From positions 1 through 48,093 of the forward strand of contig JAZNRN010000062.1 in the NCBI GenBank assembly GCA_045590775.1: a stretch of 48,093 nt of DNA, in the 5' to 3' direction. The notes beneath the pieces were generated by a model. It was given only the letters and a program-made list of their open reading frames with translations, ran no database searches and was not told the DNA's origin. The position numbers were made by a program, and so were the translations under genes. The stretch is from Acutalibacteraceae bacterium. Its GTDB lineage: Bacteria; Bacillota; Clostridia; Oscillospirales; Acutalibacteraceae. Positions 13,606-23,634 of this stretch are shown here, in pieces. Numbering within the stretch: position 1 is the first letter of the stretch; each line of letters opens with the position of its first letter.

Positions 13606-16116
13606 TTGAAGCTTTTAGCTATTGACGGAAATAGTATCATAAATCGTGCTTTTTACGGTATTAAATTGCTTACGACAAAGGACGGTCAATACACAAATGC
13701 CGTTTATGGCTTTATAAACATTTTAAACAAACTGATTTCTATGGAAAACCCCGATGGTGTGGTAGTAGCCTTTGATTTAAAAGCTCCGACCTTCCGACAT
13801 AAAATGTATGACGCTTACAAAGCAGGTCGAAAAGGTATGCCCGAAGAACTGCATAGCCAAATGCCAATTATGAAAGAGTGGCTTAGCCTTGCGGGATATT
13901 CCTGTATTGAGTGTGAGGGTTTTGAAGCCGATGATATTTTAGGTACATTGGCACATATATGTGAGCAAAGCGGAAATGAATTTGTTATTTCAACAGGTGA
14001 CCGAGATTCGCTTCAGCTTATTACCGATAAAACACGTGTCCTTTTAGCAACTACTCGTATGGGTCATACCGAGGTTATAAATTACGATAAGCAAGCTATT
14101 TTTGAAAAATACGGACTTACTCCCGAAGAAATGATAGAGCTTAAAAGCCTTATGGGTGACAGCTCGGACAATATTCCTGGTGTTCAGGGAATCGGTGAAA
14201 AAACCGCAACCGATTTGATAACGAGATACCACAGTATTGATTATATTTATGAAAATCTAGACACTCTCGAAATTAAAGAGGGTGTAAGAACAAAATTGGC
14301 AAACGGTAGAGAGAGTGCGTATTTAAGCCGTACGCTTGGTACTATTTGTAAAACTGCTCCTATTGACTGCGATATTGAAAAATATCGAGTAAAAGAAAGG
14401 CAAGAATCCGAGCTTGCACGACTTATGACAAAGCTTGAATTTTTTAAGCTTATGGAAAAAATGGGTATCACTCCCGTTAATGCACAAATTGAGATGTCAT
14501 TTGATGAGGAAAAGCCGAGCTTTTGCGTATGTGATGATTTGGATAGCAGTGAGTTGACACTTTACTTTGAAAATGATAAATGCGCTGTGGTGTCATGTGA
14601 TAAGGCTTGCGTGATAACAAGTGATCAAGCGAAGGAAATACTCGAAAACGAATCTATTGCCAAAAGGGTTTACGATTACAAAAATCTTTATAAGCAAAAC
14701 AAAAACATAAAGAATATAACATTTGATGCACTCCTTGCAGGTTATATTTGTAATCCGTCATCAAGTTATGAAATTGAAAGACTAATAGCAGAGTATGGTT
14801 GTGCGGTAGAGCTTGACGGTGATGATTTTATTAAAAATGCTTGTTGTTTTAAAGTTGCTTGCGACAACCTTTTAAAAGAACTCGAAAAGACAAATCAATT
14901 AAAGCTCTTTTGTGAGATAGAGTTGCCACTCGCCAAGGTTTTAGGAGATATGGAGCTTGTTGGTTTTAAGGCGGACAAGGCAGGACTTCAAAATATGTCA
15001 GAAGAACTGACTGTGAGGATAAGTGAGCTTGAAAGCAAGGTTTTCGAGCTTGTAGGGTACGAATTTAACCTTAATTCTCCAAAGCAGTTAGGTGTAGCCC
15101 TGTTTGAAAAATTGGGACTTCCTGCAAAGAAGAAAACCAAAAGCGGTTACAGTACAAATGCCGAGGTTTTGGAGGATTTAAAGGATAAGCATCCCGCTGT
15201 AAAATATTTGCTTGAATTTAGACAGCTTTCAAAGCTGAAATCAACCTATACGGAAGGGTTATCAGCTTGTATTGGCAGTGATGGCAGAATACACACAACC
15301 TTTAATCAAACCGAAGCTCGAACAGGCAGAATTTCTTCTCTTGAGCCGAATCTTCAAAACATACCTGTGAGAACAAATGAGGGTAAAAGACTGCGTGAGT
15401 TTTTTATAGCCGATGAAGGTCGAGTGCTTTGCGATGCCGACTATTCACAGATTGAGTTAAGGGTTTTAGCCTCTATGGCAAATGACGAAAATATGATTAG
15501 CGCCTTTTCTTCAGGAATTGATATTCACACAGCGACTGCATCGCAGGTGTTTTCGATTCCGGTTGATATGGTAACTCCTACACTTAGAAGTCGTGCAAAG
15601 GCGGTTAATTTTGGTATAGTTTACGGTATTGGTGCTTTTTCTCTTGCAAAGGATATTGGCGTCACTCGAAAAGAGGCTGACAGTTATATCAAAAATTATT
15701 TGGCAACTTATCCGTCGGTTGCAAAATATATGGACGATACAATAGCGGCTGCCAAGGCAGACGGTTTTGTTACAACCTATTTTGGAAGAAGGCGATATTT
15801 GCCCGAGCTTAGCAATTCAAATGCAATGCTGCGTGCATTTGGTGAAAGGGTAGCACGTAATGCTCCAATTCAAGGCACTGCGGCAGACATAATAAAGCTT
15901 GCTATGATAAAGGTGTTTAACCGTTTAGAAGCTGAAATTCCTACTGCAAAGCTCATTTTGCAGGTACACGATGAATTGATAGTTGAGTGCGATGAAAAGG
16001 ATGCAGCAAAGGTTTGCGAAATTTTGTCCTCCCAAATGGAAAATGCGGTAATACTTTCGGTTAAGCTTTTGGCAGAGGCAAGCTTTGGAAAAACTTGGTT
16101 AGAGGCAAAGGGATAA
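13606..16116 (+). CDS. polA: DNA polymerase I
   Basis: 5' nuclease domain (LLAIDGNSIINRAFYG, GDSSDNIPGVQGIGEKTA) plus polymerase motifs DYSQIELRVLA, RSRAKAVNFGIVYG and QVHDELIVE. A TTG at 13606 lies 8 nt after GGGAGG. Confidence 0.95.
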   Translation: MKLLAIDGNSIINRAFYGIKLLTTKDGQYTNAVYGFINILNKLISMENPDGVVVAFDLKAPTFRHKMYDAYKAGRKGMPEELHSQMPIMKEWLSLAGYSCIECEGFEADDILGTLAHICEQSGNEFVISTGDRDSLQLITDKTRVLLATTRMGHTEVINYDKQAIFEKYGLTPEEMIELKSLMGDSSDNIPGVQGIGEKTATDLITRYHSIDYIYENLDTLEIKEGVRTKLANGRESAYLSRTLGTICKTAPIDCDIEKYRVKERQESELARLMTKLEFFKLMEKMGITPVNAQIEMSFDEEKPSFCVCDDLDSSELTLYFENDKCAVVSCDKACVITSDQAKEILENESIAKRVYDYKNLYKQNKNIKNITFDALLAGYICNPSSSYEIERLIAEYGCAVELDGDDFIKNACCFKVACDNLLKELEKTNQLKLFCEIELPLAKVLGDMELVGFKADKAGLQNMSEELTVRISELESKVFELVGYEFNLNSPKQLGVALFEKLGLPAKKKTKSGYSTNAEVLEDLKDKHPAVKYLLEFRQLSKLKSTYTEGLSACIGSDGRIHTTFNQTEARTGRISSLEPNLQNIPVRTNEGKRLREFFIADEGRVLCDADYSQIELRVLASMANDENMISAFSSGIDIHTATASQVFSIPVDMVTPTLRSRAKAVNFGIVYGIGAFSLAKDIGVTRKEADSYIKNYLATYPSVAKYMDDTIAAAKADGFVTTYFGRRRYLPELSNSNAMLRAFGERVARNAPIQGTAADIIKLAMIKVFNRLEAEIPTAKLILQVHDELIVECDEKDAAKVCEILSSQMENAVILSVKLLAEASFGKTWLEAKG

Positions 16117-16940
16117 TGAATATACTTTTTGTATGTACAGGAAATACCTGCCGAAGCCCTATGGCTGAGGGATATTTAAAAAGCTTAAAGATAGACAATG
16201 TTTTTGTAAAAAGCAGGGGGCTTAGCGTTTATCCTGCTGATGTCAGTGAAAATTCACTATTGGCTATGCAAAAGGTCGGAATTGATATAAGCAGTCACAA
16301 AGCACAGCAAATTACAAAAGAAGACATTTTGTGGGCGGATAAAATATTTTGTATGTCAACCTCTCACAAGCAGGTTTTAGATAGTGTGGCTAGTGACAAG
16401 GTATTTGTTTTATCGGGCGGAATACCCGACCCGTATGGATTCGACCTTGAGCATTACGAGAATTGCCGAAATGAAATTTTTAGCGCTATTGACAAAGAAA
16501 TGGCGGAGCATTTTGTAAAGCCTATGAGCGATGCCCATATTGATAGCGTTGTACTTTTGGAAAAGGAATGCTTTTCTACTCCTTGGAGTCGACAATCAAT
16601 AATTGATGCTATGACTGTAAATACAAAATTTTTCGTTTTTGAAAAATGTGAAAAGGTTATGGGCTATATCGGAATAAGCTGTGTACTTGATGAAGGCTAT
16701 GTGACTAATGTTGCGGTTTTTCCGTCTTGCAGAAAAAAAGGAGTCGCAACCGCTCTTGTAAAGCGTGTTTTGAAATTGCGGGATGAAATCGGTTTAAGCT
16801 TTGTCTCTTTGGAAGTAAGGCGGTCAAATCAAAATGCAATTTCGCTTTATACAAAACTTGGCTTTATACAAGAAGGTGTAAGAAAGAATTTTTACACAAG
16901 TCCCCACGAGGACGCAATAATAATGACAAAAAGGTTTTAA
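16116..16940 (+). CDS. rimI: fusion protein: low-molecular-weight protein phosphatase (YwlE-like) plus RimI-type GNAT acetyltransferase
   Basis: The N-terminal half has the P-loop FVCTGNTCRSP and the IPDPYG Asp loop. The C-terminal half has LEKECFSTPWS...VAVFPSCRKKGVATAL...AISLYTKLGF. The start overlaps the polA stop (TAATG). Confidence 0.8.
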   Translation: MNILFVCTGNTCRSPMAEGYLKSLKIDNVFVKSRGLSVYPADVSENSLLAMQKVGIDISSHKAQQITKEDILWADKIFCMSTSHKQVLDSVASDKVFVLSGGIPDPYGFDLEHYENCRNEIFSAIDKEMAEHFVKPMSDAHIDSVVLLEKECFSTPWSRQSIIDAMTVNTKFFVFEKCEKVMGYIGISCVLDEGYVTNVAVFPSCRKKGVATALVKRVLKLRDEIGLSFVSLEVRRSNQNAISLYTKLGFIQEGVRKNFYTSPHEDAIIMTKRF

Positions 16941-16943
16941 AAT

Positions 16944-17951
16944 ATGAAAATTTTAAGTATAGAATCCTCTTGTGATGAAACTTCGGTTGCCATCGTAGAG
17001 GATAGAGAGGTTTTATCTAATATAGTTGCAACGCAAATTGCAGAGCACAGAATTTATGGCGGTGTGGTGCCGGAAATTGCTTCCCGTCGTCATACTGAGG
17101 CAATATCTGCTGTGTGTGATGAAGCGGTAAATGCTGCGGGACTTACATATTCCGATATTGATGCGGTGGCAGTTACCTTTGCACCCGGACTTATCGGAGC
17201 GCTTCTTGTCGGTGTCAATTTTGCAAAAGGATTGGCGTTGTCTTTAGGGGTTCCGCTTATTCCGGTTCATCATTTAAGAAGTCATATAGCGGCAAATTAT
17301 TTAGAGCATAAAAATTTAGAACCGCCATTTTTGTGTCTTTTAGTGTCGGGCGGAAACACCGTTATTGTCGAGGTTACAGATTATACCACATTTAAGATTT
17401 TAGGCGGCACAAGGGATGATGCGGCGGGCGAATGTTTTGATAAAACCGCTCGGTGCATGGGACTTTCTTATCCTGGAGGAGTCACACTCGATAAAATAGC
17501 GACTGTATCAGATTTTACAAAATACCCGCTTCCAAAGCCAAAGTCGGGCGGAGGAGAATATGATTTCAGTTTTTCGGGACTGAAAACTGCAGTTATAAAT
17601 ACTATTCACAACGCAAAGCAAAAGGGAAATGAAATTGATGTTCCTGTTTTAGCTGCTACTATAAGAGAACGTGTTTGTGATATGCTGCTTGAAAACACTT
17701 TTAAAGCAGCCGAAAATTTAGGCTATAAAAAAATAACTGTTGCAGGCGGTGTTTCGGCAAACAGTGAGCTAAGGCGCCGTATGACAGAGGAATGTAAAAA
17801 AAGAGGATATGAGCTTTTTTATCCACCGCTTAAATACTGCGGTGATAATGCTGCAATGGTAGGTGCTCAGGCAATATACGAATACAATTCGGGAAATATT
17901 GCGAAAAGCGATTTAAACGCTGTTGCAACTTTACCTATTGATTACAGATGA
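16944..17951 (+). CDS. tsaD: tRNA N6-adenosine threonylcarbamoyltransferase
   Basis: ILSIESSCDETSVAIV, HHLRSHI, GGVSANSELR (Kae1/Gcp family). Confidence 0.95.
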   Translation: MKILSIESSCDETSVAIVEDREVLSNIVATQIAEHRIYGGVVPEIASRRHTEAISAVCDEAVNAAGLTYSDIDAVAVTFAPGLIGALLVGVNFAKGLALSLGVPLIPVHHLRSHIAANYLEHKNLEPPFLCLLVSGGNTVIVEVTDYTTFKILGGTRDDAAGECFDKTARCMGLSYPGGVTLDKIATVSDFTKYPLPKPKSGGGEYDFSFSGLKTAVINTIHNAKQKGNEIDVPVLAATIRERVCDMLLENTFKAAENLGYKKITVAGGVSANSELRRRMTEECKKRGYELFYPPLKYCGDNAAMVGAQAIYEYNSGNIAKSDLNAVATLPIDYR

Positions 17952-17973
17952 TTTCTTTGAGAGGTAGATTAAA

Positions 17974-18876
17974 GTGACAAATAAAAGAATTTTAATAATT
18001 GCAAATCCACAGTCTGGCAAAGCAAAAATGAAAACCGAGCTTATGGGTGTTGTTCAAACGCTTTCATCTGCAGGATATGAGGTTACAGTATATCCTACCA
18101 AGGAACGTGCCGATGCCACCGAAAGAGTAAAGCAAATCAAAGAAAATGAATATGAAAAAGTGGTTGTTTGTGGCGGCGACGGAACATTAAACGAGGTAAT
18201 AACAGGTTTAATGCAAACGGGAGTTTCGGTAAAAATCGGATATATTCCTGCGGGCACACTTAACGAGTGGTCGCAAGGCCTTGGGATACCAAGAGGTATT
18301 CAAAAGGCAGCAGACAAGATAGATGGTGGTAGAGAAATTACTCTTGATATAGGAAAATTTGATGAAAAGTATTTCACCTATACTGCCTCCTTTGGTGCTT
18401 TCACATCGGCCTCTTATAATACGCCCCAGGGCATGAAAAACTTTTTAGGTCAAACAGCTTATTTAATAGGCGGTATTAAAAGTCTTGGAAGCTTAAAGCC
18501 TAACCATATGAAATTTATAATAAACGACCGGATAATCGAGGGAGATTTTCTTTTTGGCGCTGTTTCAAACTCGATGTCGGTAGGCGGTATTGTTAAATTC
18601 AAGGAAAATGTGGTTGAACTTAATGACGGTTTGTTTGAGGTTTTACTTATTAGAAAACCCGATAACATTTTAAAACTTCAGCCGATTATAGATGGTCTTT
18701 TGAAAAAGGATTTTACAAAAGAGGGAATAGAGTTTTTCCACACCGATAAAATTGTGGTTGAAAGTGGCGATAAAATCGCTTGGACACTTGATGGTGAGTA
18801 TTCCGACTCAAAGGAAAAATTTGTTATTGAAAATATGCACAATGCGATAAAGTTTATAGTGCCTGATATAAAGTAA
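17974..18876 (+). CDS. diacylglycerol kinase family lipid kinase (YegS/DagK-like)
   Basis: ILIIANPQSGK and VVVCGGDGTLNEV. GTG start after GAGAGG. Confidence 0.85.
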   Translation: MTNKRILIIANPQSGKAKMKTELMGVVQTLSSAGYEVTVYPTKERADATERVKQIKENEYEKVVVCGGDGTLNEVITGLMQTGVSVKIGYIPAGTLNEWSQGLGIPRGIQKAADKIDGGREITLDIGKFDEKYFTYTASFGAFTSASYNTPQGMKNFLGQTAYLIGGIKSLGSLKPNHMKFIINDRIIEGDFLFGAVSNSMSVGGIVKFKENVVELNDGLFEVLLIRKPDNILKLQPIIDGLLKKDFTKEGIEFFHTDKIVVESGDKIAWTLDGEYSDSKEKFVIENMHNAIKFIVPDIK

Positions 18877-18891
18877 GATTGGAGAAAAGTT

Positions 18892-19911
18892 ATGTTTACA
18901 AGAGATATTGGTGTTGACCTTGGAACAGCAAATACATTAGTTTGCCTAAAGGGCAAAGGTATTATTATGCGTGAGCCGTCGGTTGTGGCTTATGATATAA
19001 GAAATGATGCAGTACGTGCAGTTGGTACTGAAGCTAAAGAAATGATAGGAAGAACCCCCGGGTCTATTGTTGCGGTAAGACCTTTAAAGGATGGCGTTAT
19101 TGCCGACTTTGATGTTACGGCTGCTATGCTTAAAAGATTTGTAAGAAATGCTCTTAAAGGCTCCTTCTTTTCGAGAGTTCGCATGGTGGTTTGTATTCCG
19201 TCGGGTGTAACCGAGGTTGAAAGCCGTGCGGTTTATGACGCTTGTAAGCAAGCAGGCGCTACCGATATTGACTTGGTAGAAGAGCCTATGGCAGCGGCAG
19301 TAGGTGCCGGACTTCCTGTTTGGGATGCGGCTGGCAATATGGTGGTTGATATTGGCGGTGGTACAAGTGAGGTTGCGGTTATATCCCTTGGTGATATTGT
19401 TACCGCACAGTCAATTCGTATTGCCGGCGATGACCTTGACGAAGCAATTATAAACTACATAAGGCGTAAGCACAGTCTTTTAATTGGTGAGCGCACAGCA
19501 GAACAAATTAAAATTGAAATTGGCTCTGCAAAGCCTTATGAAAATGAGACAAGTGTCGAGGTAAAGGGAAGAAATCAGGTTGACGGATTGCCCAAAACGG
19601 TTACTATTACTTCAGAGGAAGTACGTGCGGCCATGGCTGACCCAATTTCACAAATTCTTGATACTATAAGATTGACACTTGAAAAAACTCCTCCCGAATT
19701 ATCTGCTGATATTATGGATAGGGGAATTACACTTACAGGTGGCGGAGCACTGCTACGTGGCTTTGCCGAGCTTGTTGCTGAAGAAACAGGTATGCCCGTG
19801 ACTATTGCGGCCAATCCGCTTGATTGCGTGGTACTTGGTACTGCAAAGCGACTTGAAGCCGACAGCGGATTCCAAAATTATGTATTCCGCAGAGGTAAAC
19901 GTTTCAGATAA
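18892..19911 (+). CDS. mreB: rod shape-determining protein MreB
   Basis: [13 protein letters not shown] and [17 protein letters not shown] (actin-like ATPase). Confidence 0.95.
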   Translation: MFTRDIGVDLGTANTLVCLKGKGIIMREPSVVAYDIRNDAVRAVGTEAKEMIGRTPGSIVAVRPLKDGVIADFDVTAAMLKRFVRNALKGSFFSRVRMVVCIPSGVTEVESRAVYDACKQAGATDIDLVEEPMAAAVGAGLPVWDAAGNMVVDIGGGTSEVAVISLGDIVTAQSIRIAGDDLDEAIINYIRRKHSLLIGERTAEQIKIEIGSAKPYENETSVEVKGRNQVDGLPKTVTITSEEVRAAMADPISQILDTIRLTLEKTPPELSADIMDRGITLTGGGALLRGFAELVAEETGMPVTIAANPLDCVVLGTAKRLEADSGFQNYVFRRGKRFR

Positions 19912-19938
19912 TAATATAATCAATTCTTGGAGGATAAA

Positions 19939-20799
19939 ATGCGTTTTTTCTTCTCTTCAAAACAATTTAAAATTATACTTGCTGTAATACTTACTCTGAT
20001 TGCAGTATCTGTATTTTGTGTTATTTTAGGCGGTAGTATTTCTCCGCAGTCCAATATATTTGCCTCAATAATAGCACCTTTTGAAAGCGGCATAAATAAG
20101 GTTTCAAATATGTTGTCTGATTTTTCTAATGCTTATTCAGATGGTGAGCAGGCAATGATTGAAAATGCTGATTTAGAGGCTGAAATAGCAGAGCTTCGAA
20201 ATAGGCTTGTTGATTACGAGGAAATCAAAAAGGAAAACGAGCATTATAAGCAGTTCCTTGAAATCAAAGAAAACAACCCGGATTTTAAATTTCAGGATGC
20301 CACAAAAATTTCTTCTGATGTGCAGGACCCTTATAAAAGCTTTGTTATAAACAAAGGTACAGCAGACGGTATTAAGCAATATGACCCCGTTATAACGAAG
20401 GATGGTTTGGTAGGCTATATAAGTGAGGTCGGTCTTTCCACTTCAAAGGTGAGAACGATTTTAAGCCCCGACATTACTTTAGGTGCTTTATCTAACAGAA
20501 CTAACGATTCTGGTGTGGTTTCGGGAAGTCTTGAGTTAGCTAAAACAGGCAACACAAAGTTTTATAATTTGTCACGTTCTTGTAATATTGCGGTCGGTGA
20601 CTATGTCGTAACATCGGGAGAAGGAATTTTTCCTAAAGGACTTTTAATCGGTGAAATTAAATCGGTTGGAAGTGATGAGTATAACACTTCGATTTATGCG
20701 GAAATAAAGATATTTGCTGATATAGAGCAAATCCGTGATGTTATGGTTATCGTGGATTTCAAGGGACAAGGCGGCCTTACCGTAGGAAACGGTGACTGA
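19939..20799 (+). CDS. mreC: rod shape-determining protein MreC
   Basis: N-terminal TM, a coiled coil (ENADLEAEIAELRNRL) and a beta-barrel domain (VITKDGLVGYISEV). The ATG at 19939 follows GGAGG. Confidence 0.9.
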   Translation: MRFFFSSKQFKIILAVILTLIAVSVFCVILGGSISPQSNIFASIIAPFESGINKVSNMLSDFSNAYSDGEQAMIENADLEAEIAELRNRLVDYEEIKKENEHYKQFLEIKENNPDFKFQDATKISSDVQDPYKSFVINKGTADGIKQYDPVITKDGLVGYISEVGLSTSKVRTILSPDITLGALSNRTNDSGVVSGSLELAKTGNTKFYNLSRSCNIAVGDYVVTSGEGIFPKGLLIGEIKSVGSDEYNTSIYAEIKIFADIEQIRDVMVIVDFKGQGGLTVGNGD

Positions 20800-20800
20800 T

Positions 20801-21298
20801 ATGGAAAAAAGTAAAATTTGGATAAAAGCAGTTAATGTTATCATCTTTTTTGTGGTGACAATTATTTACTGCAGCGCAGCCTTACCATTGACTATCGGAA
20901 ACGCTACACCCTTCACCGTTTTGCCGTTACTTGTGGGATACGCTATATTTTCTACTCCTGCAAAGTCGGCGATAGTGGGGCTTTTGTGCGGAATTTGCGT
21001 AGATTCTGTAGCATCAAAGGCATTTTCCTTTAATGCTATAACACTTATGCTTATAGCTATGTTTGTTTGTCTTTTTGCAAACAATTTTTTTAATAAAAAT
21101 ATAAAATCGGCATTGGTTATTTCGTTTTTGGTGTCGATAATTTATTTTGTTCTTAACTGGGCTCTCTTTTATATAACACAGGATATAAAGGATAGCACAG
21201 CTTATCTTATGAGCTATGCTTTACCATCAGCGCTATATACTGCGGTGCTTGTTGCACCCGCATTTTATCTTTACAGATACTTTGATAAAATCAAATAA
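20801..21298 (+). CDS. mreD: rod shape-determining protein MreD
   Basis: A small polytopic membrane protein in the conserved mreBCD position. The start is uncertain (20792 GTG or 20801 ATG). Confidence 0.75.
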   Translation: MEKSKIWIKAVNVIIFFVVTIIYCSAALPLTIGNATPFTVLPLLVGYAIFSTPAKSAIVGLLCGICVDSVASKAFSFNAITLMLIAMFVCLFANNFFNKNIKSALVISFLVSIIYFVLNWALFYITQDIKDSTAYLMSYALPSALYTAVLVAPAFYLYRYFDKIK

Positions 21299-21316
21299 TC
21301 GAAAGGAGAAAAGGTT

Positions 21317-23293
21317 TTGCCTTTCACTAAAAAAAGCCAGACACAGCTTACGGTTTTGTCAGTTTTGCTTATAATTGCAATGCTTTTTTATACTGCACGT
21401 ATTTATAACCTGCAAATCACAAATGCTTCAGAATATACAAACAAAACCGATGGAACAAAGACGATTTTAACATCGGTTATAAAAGCCCCTCGGGGAGAAA
21501 TTTTAGACTGCTTTGGCAGACAGATTGCAGTAAACAGAGACGGTTACAATATAGTTTTCAATAAAGCCTATGTCAATGATAATCTTAATGATGTTATACT
21601 GACGTTGGTTGAGCTTTTGGAAAAGAGTAAAACAGAATGGGTAGATGAATTACCTATTTCAAAAACCGCACCATATAGCTTTATAAAAGACGGTGACACG
21701 AAAAAGCTGATAAAGAAATTAGAGCTTGCCCATTATGCTACAGCCCAAAATTGTTTTAAAGAAATGATTTCGCTTTATGGACTTGAGCAGTATTCTCTCG
21801 AGCAACAGCGTAAAATAATGGGTGTCAGATATACTATGTCCATAAGAGATTTTTCGCTTTCGTATCCATATACCTTTGCAGAGGATATTCCAACCGAGCT
21901 TATGCGAAAAATTTCTGAATCCTCATTTAGGTTGAACGGTGTCACAATAGAAGTAGTGCCTTTTAGAGAATATGTTGATACCTCGCTTGCAGTAAACCTT
22001 ATCGGGTCGGTTGGTCCCATTTTCGAGGAGGATTGGGAAGAATACAAAGCAAAAGGTTATTCATACAATGATAAGGTCGGAAAAAGCGGTATTGAAAAAT
22101 GGGGAGAAGAATATCTGCGAGGCATAGACGGGGAAATGACATATACTCTCGATAAGGAAGGAAATATACTTTCTAAAGAGGTCACAAAAGAGCCTGTTGC
22201 CGGAAAAACAATAATGATGACCATTGACAAGTCTATGCAAAGAAGCGCCCAGGATGCCTTGGAAAAAGCAGTCAAAAAATTGCGCAGTGAAGGCGGTACT
22301 GCAAAGGCGGGAGCGGCGGTTGTTACAAAGGTCGATTCGGGGCAGCTGCTTTGCGCTGCAAATTATCCGACTTACGATTCAGCAACTATGAATAAGAATT
22401 ACGATAAGCTTGCAAATGACCCTAATAAACCTCTTACAAACCGTGCTTTTCAGGGTGTTTATCCGATAGGCTCGACCATAAAGCCGGCGGTTGCCTTGGC
22501 GGCGCTTGAGAACAGTAAATATAAAAACGGAACAACCATTTACTGTAAACGCTCTTATACTTATTTCAGCGATTATACTCCCGAATGTATGCATTATCAC
22601 GGAAGTATGAACTTAACAAGCGCTCTTTCAAAGAGCTGTAACTATTTCTTTTTTGAGCTTGGCAGACGTGTAGGCGCCACAACGCTTACGAGTTATTTTA
22701 AGCAGTTTGGTCTTGGAGTAAAAACGGGTGTCGAGGTTGACGATGCCGCCGGTATTCTTTTAGAGCCGGAAAGCAATGGATTTGGTGGTGATACACTCCA
22801 AATCTCTATTGGACAGTTAAATGCTTTTACTCCGCTTCAGCTTTCCTCCTATGTGGCAACAGTCGCAAACGGTGGTACAAGATACAAATCTACCCTTATA
22901 AACAGTGTTGTATCTTATGATATGTCAACTGTTTATTCTAAAAATGAAACTGAAGTTTTAAATAAAATTGTGTTAAGCGATAAAAATATCGCTGCGGTTA
23001 AAAAAGGTATGTTGTCGGTTACAGTAGATGGTACAGGCAGCGCTGCTCTTGGTGACTATCCAATTAAAATTGGCGGTAAAACCGGTACTTCACAGGTAAA
23101 TGGAAAGGCCGACCACAGTGTATTTATTGCCTTTGCTCCATTTGATAAACCCGAAATTGCAGTTTCTGTTGTGTTAGAGCATGGTAGTTCAACCTTTGGG
23201 GTGGTAAGTGTCGCACGTGAAATACTTGATGCTTATTTTTATGCCAAAAGTGATTCACCAAAAGAAGATAAGCCTTTTGTGGTTTTAGATTAG
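21317..23293 (+). CDS. mrdA: penicillin-binding protein 2 (elongation transpeptidase)
   Basis: SxxK STIKP, SxN SKSCN, KTGT. The N-terminal anchor is followed by a PBP dimerisation domain. TTG start after AAGGAG. Confidence 0.9.
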   Translation: MPFTKKSQTQLTVLSVLLIIAMLFYTARIYNLQITNASEYTNKTDGTKTILTSVIKAPRGEILDCFGRQIAVNRDGYNIVFNKAYVNDNLNDVILTLVELLEKSKTEWVDELPISKTAPYSFIKDGDTKKLIKKLELAHYATAQNCFKEMISLYGLEQYSLEQQRKIMGVRYTMSIRDFSLSYPYTFAEDIPTELMRKISESSFRLNGVTIEVVPFREYVDTSLAVNLIGSVGPIFEEDWEEYKAKGYSYNDKVGKSGIEKWGEEYLRGIDGEMTYTLDKEGNILSKEVTKEPVAGKTIMMTIDKSMQRSAQDALEKAVKKLRSEGGTAKAGAAVVTKVDSGQLLCAANYPTYDSATMNKNYDKLANDPNKPLTNRAFQGVYPIGSTIKPAVALAALENSKYKNGTTIYCKRSYTYFSDYTPECMHYHGSMNLTSALSKSCNYFFFELGRRVGATTLTSYFKQFGLGVKTGVEVDDAAGILLEPESNGFGGDTLQISIGQLNAFTPLQLSSYVATVANGGTRYKSTLINSVVSYDMSTVYSKNETEVLNKIVLSDKNIAAVKKGMLSVTVDGTGSAALGDYPIKIGGKTGTSQVNGKADHSVFIAFAPFDKPEIAVSVVLEHGSSTFGVVSVAREILDAYFYAKSDSPKEDKPFVVLD

Positions 23294-23321
23294 TCTTTTG
23301 TGGATTATAATTAGTAAATAC

Positions 23322-23350
23322 TTGACAAAAAAATTGTTTAGTGCTATATT
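23322..23350 (+). promoter_or_regulatory. sigma-A promoter for the lysine-riboswitch-controlled dapA-lysA operon
   Basis: TTGACA-N17-TATATT. Confidence 0.6.
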
Positions 23351-23362
23351 ACTGTTAATAGG

Positions 23363-23521
23363 ATAGAGGTGCGATTAGTTATAATTAGCTTTTGTATGTT
23401 AATTTCGGCAGAAAAATGACAAAGGTGAAAGGAACTGTCGCCGAAAGAGGTTGCAGGCGTGCAATTTTCTTGGTAACTCGGAATAATATCCGTTTTACTG
23501 TCGCTTTTGCGGAGAGCTATC
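23363..23521 (+). promoter_or_regulatory. lysine riboswitch (L-box) aptamer
   Basis: P1 is GATAG...CTATC. Conserved blocks are AGAGGTGCGA, GAAAGGAACTGTCGCCGAAAGAGG, GGTAACTCGGAA and ACTGTC...GGAGAGCTATCG. It lies upstream of lysine biosynthesis genes. Confidence 0.85.
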
Positions 23522-23577
23522 GAAAAAACAGATTATTGATTACGGTATATTATTATACTGTTTTTCTGATTTTTTGG

Positions 23578-23602
23578 TAGCCGAGCAATCGGCTATTTTT
23601 TA
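23578..23602 (+). terminator. riboswitch expression-platform terminator
   Basis: tagccga-gcaa-tcggcta followed by TTTTTTATT. It is preceded by a weaker AAAAACAG...CTGTTTTT hairpin. Confidence 0.7.
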
Positions 23603-23634
23603 TTGAAATTTTTTTAGAAAGGCAAGAAGAAAGA

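Noticed and set aside
23392-23580. 62-aa ORF from the six-frame track.
   Set aside because: It lies entirely within the lysine riboswitch aptamer and expression platform, has no RBS, and its translation looks non-protein-like.
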